From positions 33,730,001-33,794,000 of the forward strand of contig NC_045696.1 in assembly GCF_009834535.1 (NCBI RefSeq): a stretch of 64,000 nt of DNA, read 5' to 3'. Of this stretch, positions 63,265-64,000 are shown piece after piece (positions within the stretch are counted from its first letter, which is position 1; each line of letters opens with the position of its first letter). A model generated the notes under the pieces. It saw only the letters and a program-made list of their open reading frames with translations, had not been told where the DNA came from and did not search any database. A program made the translations under genes and the position numbers. This stretch comes from Camelus ferus. Lineage: Eukaryota.

Positions 63265-63558
63265 GGTAGGGAGGAAAGAGGGTGAGAAGGGATAAATTGG
63301 AAGTTCAATATTTACAGATACTATTATATATAAAATAGATAAATAACAAGTTTTTTTCTGTATAGCACAGAGAACTATATTCAATACCCTGTAGTGACCT
63401 ATAATGAAAAAGAATATGAAAATGAATATATGTATGTGTATGTATGTCTGAAACATTATGCTGCACACCAGAAATTGACACAACATTGTAAACTGACTAT
63501 ACTTCAACAAAAAATAAAAATAAAATAGTAAATAAATAAATAAATTAATAAATAAATA
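63265..63558 (+). mobile_element. L1 3'UTR fragment with (TAAA)n tail
   Basis: gggataaattggaagttc...ctgtatagcacagagaactatattcaatacc...cacaacattgtaaactgactatacttcaa plus an A-rich tail. Confidence 0.88.
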
Positions 63559-64000
63559 GACATTGAGTGAAATAAGACTTTCTTCTTTAATTTATAACAA
63601 TATATAAAGCTTCAACTTGTGTTTTTGATACGAAAATTCAAGTTTAGTTTGCATTACATTAGAAGGAGCCATTCAATCAAGAGATTTTTGGGGGGGTCAT
63701 GCTTCCCAGGACAAAATGAATCATCACCTTTACCCTGTTGGGAGTTGAACCAGGCATGAACATTGGGTTTCATGAGGGAAAGTTCCCTCTATTCATAAGG
63801 AAGGCTAAATAATTTTCTTTAATTGCTAATGGACATAAGGGTCTGTTCAAACAGATGACTGTGCTCCTCTCCAAGAGTCCAATTGTCCTATTATGAGAGA
63901 AGAAGTAGAAAAACAATTTGTACGTTTACTTATGAGGGAGTAAAAGGGTGTGGGTAAAAATTCTTGGGGAAACTGGAAGGTTGGGAAAAGTTAAAGGCTT

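Noticed and set aside
1..64000. CRISPR arrays, prokaryotic operons, NUMTs, rRNA genes or a second host gene
   Set aside because: None recognised by eye; the window reads as a single-gene mammalian locus with interspersed repeats.

Overview
Mammalian genomic DNA, probably camelid (inferred from a vic-1-like tRNA-derived SINE and very few other young SINEs). It contains one complete protein-coding gene on the minus strand: VGLL3 (vestigial-like family member 3, a TEAD cofactor). I reconstructed four coding exons with canonical GT-AG sites: 44415-44290 (126 nt), 32603-32315 (289 nt), 23763-23227 (537 nt) and 6793-6750 (44 nt). These give 996 nt and a 331-aa protein with an acidic poly-Glu tract, a Vg/TONDU motif and a His-rich tract. 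A CpG-island promoter/5'UTR lies at about 44.1-45.2 kb and a long AT-rich 3'UTR extends towards the window start. The rest is intronic or intergenic DNA with L1, L2, MIR, MaLR/LTR and hAT DNA-transposon remnants. I found no convincing novel gene or new biological system. The best leads are regulatory: a 72-codon upstream ORF whose stop overlaps the VGLL3 start (ATGA), a perfect DR5 nuclear-receptor element before the last exon, AP-1/TEAD motif clusters, and some unusual L1 insertions. Repeat family names and comparisons with human VGLL3 come from memory, not from database searches.
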